Translations under genes and position numbers: made by a program
Part shown: piece after piece, positions 11,880 through 24,900 of the stretch
Layout of the letters: each line of letters begins with the position of its first letter
Position numbering within the stretch: the first letter of the stretch is position 1
Source of the DNA: Eledone cirrhosa
Taxonomy: Eukaryota
Length of the DNA stretch: 64,000 nucleotides
Direction: 5' to 3'
NCBI GenBank assembly: GCA_964016885.1
Contig: OZ024752.1
Span: 41,540,001 to 41,604,000, forward strand
Notes under the pieces: generated by a model
Databases searched by the model: none
Told to the model about the DNA's origin: nothing
The model's input: only the letters and a program-made list of their open reading frames with translations

Positions 11880-12650
11880 CTCTCACCATTTTCCATCGAT
11901 ACTGGATATGACATGATAATTGCCACATTTGTCCTTGCCGTCCTTTCCTTTATGGAGAATTACCATGAGCGCATCCTTCTTGTGGGACATTCTCATCTTC
12001 CCACACCATTTTCATGAGGTCAGTCAGGCGCTGCATGAAGTTTTCACCACCACACTTCAAAACCGCTCCACTCAGACCATCCATACCAGGAGACTTACCA
12101 CAGTTCAGCTTATGCACAACAGAAGACCCCTCTGCAAGAGAAGATACATTAGCCATCTCATATGCTTCACTGGTTCAATAGGAATGGAACAAATGAAATC
12201 ATCATCAACCTGGTTTAAGAGCTCATCAAAGTGATCTCTCTATCTGTTGAGTGTCTTTTGGGTCACGCAGTAATTGCTTGCCATCTTTCGATCTCAAAGA
12301 GGCCACTGGAGAGCTGAAAGGGCCATACACCTCTGTGAGTAGAAAGTGCGGCAGTTTCACATTGTTGCCGTCAGATGCCACTTGAACTTCATCTGCTTTG
12401 TTGCTCCACCAGGTATTTTGCATAGCCCTGAGTTTCACCTGCACTTCCTTCTTTACCTGTCTGTAATGCTCATAATTGTCACCAACAGAGCTACCACCTT
12501 TAAGAACTGCATCAAGTGCCTTTTGTTTTCTGTCTAGCAGAGCCTTGACCTCCTGGTCATTCTCATCAAACCAGTCCTTGTTTTCTTGTGACAAAGCCAA
12601 GGACCTCTGCTGAAGCCTCATAGACCGAGCTCCTGAAGTCCTTCCAGTTG
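11880..12650 (-). mobile_element. RTE-clade LINE ORF fragment, degenerate
   Basis: DWFDENDQEVKALLDRKQKA...LRSKDG..LL and GKSPGMDG..GAVLKCGGE motifs; frameshifts. Confidence 0.8.
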
Positions 12651-13369
12651 TTCTCATACACGCATACATACTTACATATATACATACATGCATACATACA
12701 TACATGTATACACACATACATACATCCATCCATACGTGTATACATACATACAATGGTTAAAGTGTTTGACTGACGACCATAAGTTCATGGGTTCATATTT
12801 GGGACCGGGTAGTTATTGAATCAACCTGATATCAATGTTTATTATACAGCACACTTCCTCTTTGGTTTAATATGACACATAGTAATATCTAACATAGTAC
12901 CCATCTAATCTGTTATAATATGATTTACCTTTCCTCTGTGAAGGCACATGCCTTAGGGGTTACGGTACTGGACTAACCATTATAAAGTCATGGGCTCGTT
13001 TCTTCGATCCTGCAGCATGTTGCGTCCTTCAGTAAAATACTTTAGTTCGTGTAGCATCTTCTACCAGGACTTGCGGCAGACAGATAATATCAGTAATGGA
13101 AAAAACCTTGTTTCATTAGTATGACCTGGAAATCAGTTCCACTCTATTTATCTTCTTTATTAAAGGCAATCAAATTATTTTTTATTTTATTCTTTTTCTT
13201 ATTTTTTCCATGTTTGTTAAATAAATTCCAAAAAATCGAACTAAATTGAAATTTTGTAATAAAATTTCCATAAAAGTTAATGTTTACAATACAATAAAAT
13301 GTAATAAAATGTATTGAAGTCGACGAAATGTGAACCTTCATTTTTGAAAGATGGATAATGCTATAAGCA

Positions 13370-13615
13370 GACCTTACAATATTGTACCACAATTTTCCTT
13401 TGTGCAAAAGTGGGCAGCCGAATTTAGGAAAGGATAGGGGATTCTTGAAGATGACCCAATGTCTGGACGTCCTACAACTGCCACTACCGAGGAAAACATT
13501 GATCTCAGTACTGCAACACCGATGGAAGAAGTGTGTGGAACGCAAGGGAGACTATGTTGAAAAATAAACCTCATTTGGTCGCATTCCATGAGAGTATCTT
13601 TGTCAACCCTCGTAT
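13370..13615 (+). mobile_element. Internally deleted mariner element (related relic at about 37200-37490)
   Basis: VQKWAAEF...EDDPMSGRPTTATTEENID fused to LQHRWKKCVERKGDYVEK*, followed by a subterminal sequence shared with about 37430-37470. Confidence 0.8.
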
Positions 13616-13651
13616 CTATGCACAATATACGTAAAGATACAGAATTGCGGA

Positions 13652-14014
13652 CACTACAACGCTATTAGCTGTCATATTTGTTGGTGAAAAAAATTTGATT
13701 ATAAAACTTAAATTTATGAATGACTTGTTTTCTACATTGATAACCATGGCTTGTTTTCTAATTTGGCCCTTTTAAGGGCTACCTATATTTTCATTTAAGT
13801 AACTCCACTTACATCGATATGCTTTATAACCATGACTTGTTTTCTATTTGTTTTCTAATTTGGCCCTTTTAAGTCTTCCCTCTCTCTCTTAAAAAAAGAA
13901 AAACGCGTGAAAACTCCACTTACGCGTGGTAGTAATACGGAAATAAACGATGTTGACGAGTGACGCCCCCTTCGCCTGTTTTCCACTGGACTGACAGCTA
14001 ATAGCGTTGTAGTG
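13652..14014. mobile_element. MITE with perfect 23-bp TIRs starting CACTA
   Basis: cactacaacgctattagctgtca (13652) / tgacagctaatagcgttgtagtg (14014); inverted partial copy at 9314-9460. Confidence 0.65.
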
Positions 14015-14326
14015 CCCTAAATTAGTTATGGATCAGCCCTATGTAGATTCAGTTTTTTGTATGAGTTTATATAAATAAATCAGGGAATGCTCACTTTTTC
14101 TTCACCTTTAATTACATTTTACGATTATTGCCGATTACGGGGCCAATTATTATAAATTTTACTTACAGAAATGTATGTGATCTTAAAACGAAAAATTAAG
14201 TTAATCGGACTATATATATATAATTTATTTTGAAAATGTTCTGTCGCCGACAAGTCGGAATTACTAGAGATGTATCTATTGTTTGTATGTGGACATAATG
14301 ATAAAGTATTAAAGTTGTATATATAC

Positions 14327-14550
14327 CTTTTCAGTAGATCTTCGTAGACAAAAAAAAAACACACAGCTTCACAATTTAATAAATTATATAAAACTGAAAA
14401 AACAATTAAACAGTCCAATTTTTTGAATGGTAATCATTAATTTAAATACAGATGTAAGTAAAATGAAAAATTTATATTTCTGGAATAAAAACAAGGCAGA
14501 GGAAAACGAATTATTGAATTTTCATTGGTTACTTGAGGTCACGTGATAAG
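14327..14550 (-). promoter_or_regulatory. Putative non-coding first exon and promoter of the 800-aa ZNF gene (intron about 8343-14326)
   Basis: Donor AAG|gtatat at 14327/14326 with intron flank homologous to 3395-3445. gaaaacgaattattgaattttcattgg (about 14502-14528) matches gaaaatgaattattggattttcattgg (about 3530-3556). E-box CACGTG at about 14540. Confidence 0.55.
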
Positions 14551-14624
14551 ATGTAAAGCAACAATGAAGGTAGGGGGGTCAGTAAAAAAATCCGGCTGCT
14601 ATGGATCATTTATTTATTACATAC

Positions 14625-15672
14625 ATTTTGCCTTTCATCCTTACGGGGTCGATAAAATAAAGTACCAGTAATGCACTGGGGTAATTGCTGGCCTTGTGCC
14701 AAAAGTAGAAACAATTATTTATTATTGTCGGTGGGTTGGCAGTATCGGTAGAGGGTCGGACGCCATGCTTTCCAGCATAGTTACGTCCCTTTACGATCTG
14801 AGTTCAAATCCCGCCGAGGTTGACTTTGCCTTTCATCCTTACGGGGTCGATAAAATAAAGTACCAGTAATGCACTGTGGTAATTGCTGGCCTTGTGCCAA
14901 AAGTAGAATCAATTACCGGTAGAAGGTCGGCCGCCATGCTTCGCAGTATAGAGTTACGGCCCTTTACGGCCCGAGTTCAACTTTGCCTTTCACCCTTAAA
15001 GTACCAGTAATGCACTGGAGCGATTGCTGTCCTTGTGCCAAAAGTAGAAACAATTATTTATTATTATCCAGGTGAAGTTAGCTTTGCCTTTCATCCTATA
15101 TACACTCGTCCAATGTCCGACCGACCATTACTGACTTTTGGCAGTATCGGTAGAGGGTCGGACGCCATGCTTTCCAGCATAGTTACGTCCCTTTACGATC
15201 TGAGTTCAAATACCGCCGAGGTTGACTTTGCCTTTCATCCTTACGGGGTCGATAAAATAAAGTACCAGTAATCACCTGGTGCCATGTGTAGAACGGATCC
15301 GGCTATCAGCTGAGTTCATCGTGAAGATTGCCCTCCACCGCCTTCCTTTAGCCGGGAAGGGCAGGCAGTTTTTATCTGCCTGGTGGCCTTGGCGAAGTAG
15401 ATCGTGTGGTACACACGTCTAGAAAGGCTAAAAATAAGCACTTATATGTTAAAACCCACACTTTTTCTCTCCTGTTCTGTCTGCACTATCGTTAGTTACG
15501 AAGCATAGAGTTACGTCCCTTTATGATCTGAGTTCAAATCCCGCCGAGGTTAACTTTGCCTTTCATCCTTACGGGGTCGATAAAAAAAAGTATCCGTAAC
15601 GTACTGGGGTCGATTTATATCGACTTTCCGCTCTCCCCAAATTTCTGGCCTTGTGCCTATAGTAGAAATCAT
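14625..15672 (+). mobile_element. Cluster of tandem and partial SINE family A copies
   Basis: At least five repeats of the gagttcaaatcccgccgagg...aaagtaccag body. Confidence 0.8.
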
Positions 15673-15838
15673 TATATATATATGTGTGTGTGTGTTTATA
15701 ACAACAGATTAAAGGGCGAAAGCAGCGATTCCTTGCTTATACTTTATTCTGTTCTTATAATAAATATTTGCTCTAGGGGTTTTTATATATATAATCCTTA
15801 TCGAGCCTTCTTCGGATTTTAGCCTTCACATTTATTAC

Positions 15839-15885
<47 letters not shown>

Positions 15886-18194
15886 AATATGTATGACCCC
15901 GACGGCAGAGCTCGAGCCGTTTCGACGGCTATTTCTGGACTATAAATAGCCGTCGAAACGGACTTCCAATGGAAATGTTCGGATCACAGAGAACATTTTC
16001 CTTACCTAGGACAAAAGTCCCGGGAACGGCAAAATATATTGTCATCTGCCAGCTAGCATAGGATCGATATAATTTCAAGGTACATGGCTCAGTAGTTAGA
16101 GTGTTGGGTGTGCAATCATGGGGTTGGGAGTTTGATTCACAGACCAGGCAATGTGTTGTACCCTTGCTTTAGTTTACTTAGCTGTAGGAATAAGTTGCGA
16201 CGTTATTGGTGCCAAGCTGTATCAGTCTTTGTCTTTCCCTTGGACAAGACCAGTGGCATGATGAGGGAAGACTGGTATGCTGTCTTCTATAGACAACCTT
16301 GTGCCTCAGAAGGGGAACTTTTTACGTGCAAATCCCATGGTCATTTGTAACCGGAGGAGGTCTATATAGTATAATTATGGTGGGTTATTGTGTATTAAAG
16401 GAGCATAGTGTTGTAGTTCAGTTATGTGTGAGTGCTATATATGTGAAGGCGCATAGCTTAGTGGTTAAGGTATTCGGATCAAGGTCATAAGTTTGATTTC
16501 CATCTGTGCATTGTGTCCTTGAGCAAGATGCTTTATTTGACGTTGCTCCAGTCTACATAAGCCATCATAGAGCCAGACTTCTAAACACACCTTTGTCTAG
16601 CTTTACTATATTAAACTATCAGTTTTAGTTGTATTTTTTTCTGGTGTTTTTTTTTTTTTTTTTTTTTTAAATAATTGAACTCCATTGATATTTCACTGGC
16701 ATGATTTTTAATATATATTATCGTGCGTGTGTGTGTGTGTGTGTGTTATTTTTTTATATTAATTAAATGAATAAAAAATGTTCCTTTTGAGAGGGGGGGG
16801 GGGGGCAATAAGAAAAAGTACCAGTCAAGTACTGGGGTTAATTTTTCCTCTATATCTCTTTCTTACTTTCTTTCTCTATGCTTCTTTGTAGGAAATCTGC
16901 TGCGTTCAGACGAGGTTTTAAAATGCCCTAGAAACGCTGTATGCCATTACAGCACCCCTACGACTCCATCAGGAATTACGAGACCATACAATACGACATT
17001 ACTTTTTATATTAAAGAGGGTCGGACGCCATGCTTTCCAGCATAGTTACGTCCCTTTACGATCCGAGTTCAAATCCCGCCGAAGTTGACTTTGCCTTTCA
17101 TCCTTACGGGGTCGATAAAATAAAAGTACCAGTAATGCACTGGGTATTTGCTGGCCTTGTGCCTAAAGTAGAAACAATTACTTTTATAATTAAAGAAATA
17201 AAAATATTTTTTAGCAAAAAGTTTTCTTTACTTCTTTGTATTTGACTCGAGTAAATTTTAAAGGATTTATGCCTGTGTATTTACATACCTAAAAACATCA
17301 GGTTTCTACTGCTTTTTCTGTGCTACCTTGTCCCAGACGACCTATCGAAAATACAGTATTTTTCTGTCGATAAGTTACCTCCCTTATGCTATCCTTTTGT
17401 TTTTCTCAGTATACGTGACTTATCTCCCTTAAGAAAATTTTTTTACCAGACCTCGTTCAGCATACAAATTATAAAGATATTAGATTTATGCAAGTTAATT
17501 TCACCTAGTAGTATAGTAGCCGTGATGTAGGGGAGGTGCATTGCCAACTGTACAGTGGCTGTTGGGATTAAGCAAGCTAGCTTTGTCTTTGCCCGAGTTC
17601 ATATCTCCTTTTTTCTTTTCTATTTTAAAAGAAAATTATTTTTTCATACCTGAGTTATCTCCTTTGATTAACTAGCTGTTTACTTACCAGTGCGACAATA
17701 CTCATTCTATCCATTCTTTTTTGACGAAAGTCTATTTATATTTCCCTCCTTCCGACGTCACCATTTACACAACTTATCTGCACTCAATTCTGTTCCACTT
17801 CTAGTCATAAGACTTTTAATAATTTTTTTTTTATGTATTCGTTTTGCTGTCCCCACAGTAGACACGAAGCCTGCCTCTTACTTACGTCCATGCACTCTAC
17901 TGATAAGCCAGTTGCTTGCGAATTGCTTACACACAATCCCACACACTACCAAGTGTGTTTTATCATAATACCAGAACTAAAGAAACTATTACGTCAGTTA
18001 AGAAGACTACATCATCAGTCGGCATACAGGAGTTACCATGGAGTTCCAGTTTAAAATTCTTCAGTGATGGCCTGAAGGACAATTATAAACAGAAGGAGAC
18101 TTAGGACTGAGCTCTTGTAAACCCTTACCTGCTCTACAGCTCAATCATTCTACTCATGGGCTGCCTCCTCTCACCGTCACTGTTCAACACATCA

Positions 18195-18535
18195 TTTCAT
18201 TTCATTTCGTTTTACGTCCGCTTTTCCCTGCTTGCAAGGGTGGGACGGGAACTGATTCTGGCTTGATTTCTACAGCTGGATGCCCTTCCTAACACCAACC
18301 TCATTTACAGTGAGTGCTGGATGCTTTTTTGCCGTGGCACCACCACGACCACTTTGCAGTGGAATGATAGAGACCCCAGTCCCTATCATCTCATTTCTAC
18401 AGCTGAGTAAACTGGAGCAATGTGAAATAAAGTGTCTTGCTCAAGGAAACAACACATCACCCGGTCTGAGAATTGAACTCACAACCTTTTGATTGCAAGG
18501 CCAATGCTCTAACCACTAAGCCATGTACCTCCATA
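18195..18535 (-). mobile_element. tRNA-derived CORE-like SINE family B with RTE 3' tail
   Basis: A-box tggcttagtgg, B-box gagttcaattc, CORE-like ccttgagcaagacacttt; tail shared with the LINE at about 45800-45855. Confidence 0.8.
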
Positions 18536-18635
18536 TCCCAACATATATAATACATATATATGTGTATATATTTATATATACTCACACACATTCATATGCA
18601 TGTAAGTATGGATGGATGGGTATATGTATAAATAC

Positions 18636-18960
18636 ATCATCATCATCATCATCATTTTACATCCGCTTTTCCTTGCTTGCAAGGGTGGGACGAGTCCTCT
18701 TCAGCATACCATCTCTCCATTCGTCACGGCCCTTTGTCATCTCCTCTGTGAGCTTCAGCGATCTGAGGTCAGAGCTCTCACCACCTCCACCCATGATTTT
18801 TGTGGTCTTCCTCTACTGCATCCTTCTTCCACCGGGATTTCTTGGCACTTCTTCACCCAGCAGTCATCGTCCATGCACATCACATGGCCATACCAACACA
18901 GTCTTCTCTCCTGCACACTACAGTTTATTCCTCTTATATACAGTTTCACTCTTAACCCAA
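18636..18960 (-). mobile_element. 5'-truncated RTE LINE 3' end
   Basis: RRLCWYGHVMCM...RGRPQKSW, then (GAT)n tail. Confidence 0.8.
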
Positions 18961-19144
18961 TATACACCCCACCCCACACACACCCTACCCCCCTCCTCTC
19001 ATTTCCGTTCCGTCCACTGTGTCGATGACACAACAGTCCACACTATAAGGAGACACGGTAAAAAGGCTCCCAGTCCACGCTATTAATGTGGTTGGTGTTA
19101 GGAAGGGCACCCAGCTGTAAAAAAAAACCTACCAGAGACGATTA

Positions 19145-19923
19145 ACACACTCTATATATATTACACTCTATATGATTCCCACACTCTATATAGATTACAC
19201 TCTATATGATTCCCACACTCTATATAGATTACACTCTATATGATTCCCACACTCTATATAGATTACACTCTATATATATTACACTCTATATATATTACAC
19301 TCTATATGATTCCCACACTCTATATAGATTACACTCTATATGATTCCCACACTCTATATAGATTACACTCTATATAGATTACACTCTATATAGATTACAC
19401 TCTATATATATTATACTCTATATGATTACCACACTCTATATAGATTACACTCTATATATATTATACTCTATATGATTCCCACACTCTATATAGATTACAC
19501 TCTATATGATTCCCACACTCTATATAGATTACACTCTATATGATTCCCACACTCTATATAGATTACACTCTATATGATTCCCACACTCTATATAGATTAC
19601 ACTCTATATATATTATACTCTATATGATTACCACACTCTATATAGATTACACTCTATATATATTATACTCTATATGATTCCCACACTCTATATAGATTAC
19701 ACTCTATATGATTCCCACACTCTATATATATTACACTCTATATGATTCCCACACTCTATATAGATTACACTCTATATGATTCCCACACTCTATATAGATT
19801 ACACTCTATATGATTCCCACACTCTATATAGATTACACTCTATATATATTACACTCTATATGATTCCCACACTCTATATAGATTACACTCTATACGATTC
19901 CCACACTCTATATAGATTACACT
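19145..19923. repeat. Minisatellite, 34-bp unit built from two related subunits
   Basis: gattacactctatat + gattcccacactctatata repeated. Confidence 0.9.
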
Positions 19924-20334
19924 GGGTGCATTTTATCGTAGTACCAGCACTAGTGAAGGTTGTCAGTCATTCATTTAACTGGTGGGCCCTCTCTACTCTA
20001 TTCTATGAGGAAAGAAGATAGGATGGAAAGGAGTTAAAGTGATAATAAGCATGTCCTGGGTAGGTGACAATAAATGGGAATCTCAAAATATTGCGTCGTC
20101 AAGTATGAAATTTGTAGAAAGAAAACAAATTTCTACAAATTTCATACTTGACAGTCGAATATAACATTTAAAAAAAAACAACAAAAGAAAACACAAATAC
20201 GTAAAGATGACATCAGTATTATTATATTAGACTCTGGAAATATTAATTTATATTTCTCAAAAGAACAGAGAAATGAGAGATTTTCCTGAAGGTTCCATGC
20301 AAAAAACAAAAAAAGTTTGAATGTGATTGATGTT

Positions 20335-20620
20335 TATATATATATCTATATCTATATAATATGATATATATATAATATGATATATGTATATGTGATATAT
20401 ATATCTATATCTATATAATATGATATATATATATAATATGATATATGTATATGTGATATATATATATATATAATGATATATATATATAATATAAATATAT
20501 GTATATGTGATATATATATCTATATCTATATAATATGATATATGTATATGTGTTATATATATCTATATCTATATAATATGATATATATATAATATGAATG
20601 ATATATATATATAATATGAA

Positions 20621-20655
<35 letters not shown>

Positions 20656-20925
20656 GAATGATATATATATAATATGAATGATATATATATATATATATAT
20701 AATATGAATGATATATATATATATATATATAATATGAATGATATATATATATATATATAATATGAATGATATATATATATATAATATGAATGATATATAT
20801 ATATATAATATGAATGATATATATATATATATAATATGAATGATATATATATATATATATATATAATATGAATGATATATATATATATATAATATGAATG
20901 ATATATATATATATATAATATATCT

Positions 20926-20990
<65 letters not shown>
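20335..20990. repeat. Interrupted (TA)n minisatellite
   Basis: (TA)n punctuated by aatatgaatga. Confidence 0.9.
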
Positions 20991-21291
20991 GACTGTTGTT
21001 GATGTTGGTGAAAAGGGAAACAACTTCTGATGGTTTAAGTCTGTTTTTATGATATTTTAATGAATGTATTTAGTGTAATAATGTAATGTGTCCAACGATT
21101 GCATTTAATACTAATATTATTATTTCATCCGACGCCCAGTGACAAATAAAAGAAATTGCTATTATTATTATAATTATTATTAAATTTTCTGTGTATATTT
21201 TTTCTGATAAAAAAAAAAGTTTATTCTATGAGAAATTGTAATGATGTTGAAGAAATTTCAGAACTCTGTGGTAGTAGTAGTAGTAGTAGTA

Positions 21292-21325
<34 letters not shown>

Positions 21326-21501
21326 AAGTAGTAGTAGTAGTCACTGTTGTTGCTTAACTTTGGGTCAACCCTGAACTAGCAAACCTATGATCATCAGCAA
21401 ATTCCAACCATAACCATCACCTTCCTTTTGGTGGGTTTGTATAACACGTCCTTTTGAGGGAAAATTGGTTGCTATTTCTACGTAGAAGTTTACATAATTA
21501 G

Positions 21502-21534
<33 letters not shown>

Positions 21535-21836
21535 ATAGTAGTAGTATTTTTTTTTTTTAACCCAGGCCAGGTAAGATAGGAAGAATGCTTTGATTTCAGA
21601 AAAATTTGGCTGCTATTTCTAGCACATCAAATATCCACATAGGGGTTTTGTAGTTAGGTAGGTAGGTAGTAGTTGTAGTAGTAGCAGCAGTAGTAGTAAT
21701 AGTAGTACCAATAATAGCTACATACATACATACAAAGACAACAAAATAGGTAAAACAATGAAGATTGTTTTGTTTTTGTTTTCATTAGTTTTTTGTTTTT
21801 TTCAACCTTTTTTTCAAACAAATTTTGCCCTCCAAC

Positions 21837-21990
21837 TCAATTATTGGAAGAATTTCTGGCTGAAGAGTTCTTGCGGTGGTTGCTTTCCTTGCCGCTGTCA
21901 ACTTGTTCCGTTCTCGAAGAACTCATCTCTTCACTTACGTAAGAATCTGGCAGTTCTAATATAACCACTTTTCGCAGAACTGCCACCCAT
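21837..21990 (-). CDS. FGD: FGD terminal coding exon: (K)[15 protein letters not shown]...NSSNN*
   Basis: ttccag| acceptor; supplies the PH2 Trp helix; TGA at 21839-21837. Confidence 0.88.
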
Positions 21991-24900
21991 CTGGAAAACA
22001 CACAGAAACAAATATATATATATATATAAATAAATAAACAAATATTTGTGTGTGTTGATGTATGTATCATCATCATCATCATCATCATTTTTACGTCCGC
22101 TTTTCCCTGCTTGCAAGGGTGGGACGGGAACTGATTCTGGCTTGATTTCTACAGCTGGATGCCCTTCCTACCACCAACCTCATTTACAGTGAGTGCTGGG
22201 TGCTTTTTTTTCATGGCGCCAACACGTCCACTTTACAGTGGAATGATAGGGACCCCAGTCCCTATCATCTCATTTCTACAGCTCAGTAAACTGGAGCAAT
22301 GTGAAATAAAGTGTCTTGCTCAAGGAAACAACACATCACCCGGTATATGTTTACATTACCCGGCATATGTCTATGTAATTGTGGTTGGTGTTAGGAAGGG
22401 CATCCAGCCGTAGAAAACCCACCAGATATAGTCCTATACGAGCGAGACACGGTCATTCGATCAATCCTGCCTCAAGTGGGACAATTCCCGTCTAACCCAT
22501 GCTAGCGTCGAAGATAGACGTTAAACGATGATGATGTGTGAGTCACAAAAAAGGATCTGTTGTCTCTAAATCTCTAAAAAAACTAGGGTTGACTTTTGTA
22601 AGATTGTAAATTACTGAGAGAAATACTTACTTATAAAGTTACTTATTCCTGTCAGCCTTAAAAAAAAACTAGGGTTGACTTTAACATGAGCTTCAAGGAA
22701 ACATCCATTTTGTGGGGGCAACAACTAATGTGTTGACTTTTGTAAGATTGCAAATTACTGAGAGAAATACTTACTTTCGAAGTTGCTCATCACTGTCAGC
22801 CTTAAAGTAGTGGACTTGCTGGTCCCGTTGACTAAGTTTAAAAACATGGGTTCGGTCCACAATAGGATCATTTTCATCTATCACAGTGACTGTATAACCT
22901 GGTAATGGCATTGTTGATAGAGCGTAGCCATCCTAGAAGGGGTTAAGAAAGTGACACAGTGAGTTATAGGAACTATAGGAGGGACTGATATAAGTTATAA
23001 GAGAGATTATAGTGAGATATAAAGGGACATTTTGGATAAAATATAATATAATACATTGTAGACAAAGCATAGTCATCCTTGAAGGGGGAGAATATGGACA
23101 TAAATGGGACATAGAGAGTTATAGGAAAACTTTATAAGAGTTATGGGAGATATTTATAGGGAGCTATAAGAAGGATTTATATGGAGTTATAGGGAAATAT
23201 AATGAACAACACATAATACATGGTAGATAGAGCATTGGCATACTAACAAGAGAAAAGGGACATAGTGAATTAAAGGGGGACATTATGGACAACATATACA
23301 CTGTAGGTAAAGCATAGAGATACTATGACAAAAGGGGACAGTGGGCTTTATAGGAGGGATTTACAGTGAGTTATAGTAGGACATTATGGAGAATATATAA
23401 TTGTTTCTACTTTTGGCACAAGGCCAGCGATTACCCAGTACATTACTGGTACTTTATGGAGAATATATAATACATTGGAAACAGAATGTAGCTATCCTAG
23501 CAGAAGAAAAATGGAAAAGAGCCAAACTACGTTTCCATTGCTGATACTATCTGTGGGACTCGACTTCTGGTAGAAGGAGGCAGGATTTGAACTCAGAATG
23601 CACAGAGTTGAATCAAATATGGTAGAGTATCCAGTCCAACTCTTTAATAATTCCACCAATTTCACTGTCTCTGGACTGACTGCTACTTTTACCTATGAAA
23701 CGTGAAAGGATCTAAGGCAAGAGTTAGCCTCAGCAGGATTTGAACTCAGAAGGCAAAGTTGTAGAACAGACACTGCAAACCATCTTGTCTCATATACCAA
23801 TATGGGCTGGTACTTCATTTTATCAACCCTTCAGGAAGACGACTTCAGCAGGATTTGAACTCAGAAAGCAAAGTTATAGAACAGACACTGCAAACCATCT
23901 TGTGTCATATACCAACATGGGCTGGTACTTCATTTTATCAACCCTTCAGGAAGACGACTTCAGCAGGATTTGAACTCAGAAAGCAAAGTTGTAGAACAGA
24001 CACTGCAAACCATCTTGTCTCATATACCAATATGGGCTGGTACTTCATTTTATCAACCCTCAAGAAGACGACTTCAGCAGGATTTGAACTCAGAAAGCAA
24101 AGTTATAGAACAGACACTGCAAACCATCTTGTGTCATATACCAACATGGGCTGGTACTTCATTTTATCAACCCTTCAGGAAGACGACTTCAGCAGGATTT
24201 GAACTCAGAAAGCAAAGTTGTAGAACAGACACTGCAAACCATCTTGTCTCATATACCAATATGGGCTGGTACTTCATTTTATCAACCCTTCAGGAAGACG
24301 ACTTCAGCAGGATTTGAACTCAGAAAGCAAAGTTGTAGAACAGACACAGCAAACCATCTTGTCTCATATACCAATATGGGCTGGTACTTCATTTTATCAA
24401 CCCTTCAGGAAGACGACTTCAGCAGGATTTGAACTCAGAAAGCAAAGTTATAGAACAGACACTGCAAACCATCTTGTCTCATATACCAATATGGGCTGGT
24501 ACTTCATTTTATCAACCCCCAAGAAGACGACTTCAGCAGGATTTGAACTCAGAAAGCAAAGTTATAGAACAGACACTGCAAACCATCTTGTCTCATATAC
24601 CAATATGGGCTGGTACTTCATTTTATCAACCCTTCAGGAAGACGACTTCAGCAGGATTTGAACTCAGAAAGCAAAGTTGTAGAACAGACACTGCAAACCA
24701 TCTTGTCTCATATACTAATATGGGCTGGTACTTCATTTTATCAACCCTCAAGAAGACGACTTCAGCAGGATTTGAACTCAGAAAGCAAAGTTATAGAACA
24801 GACACTGCAAACCATCTTGTCTCATATACCAATATGGGCTGGTACTTCATTTTATCAACCCTTCAGGAAGACGACTTCAGCAGGATTTGAACTCAGAAAG

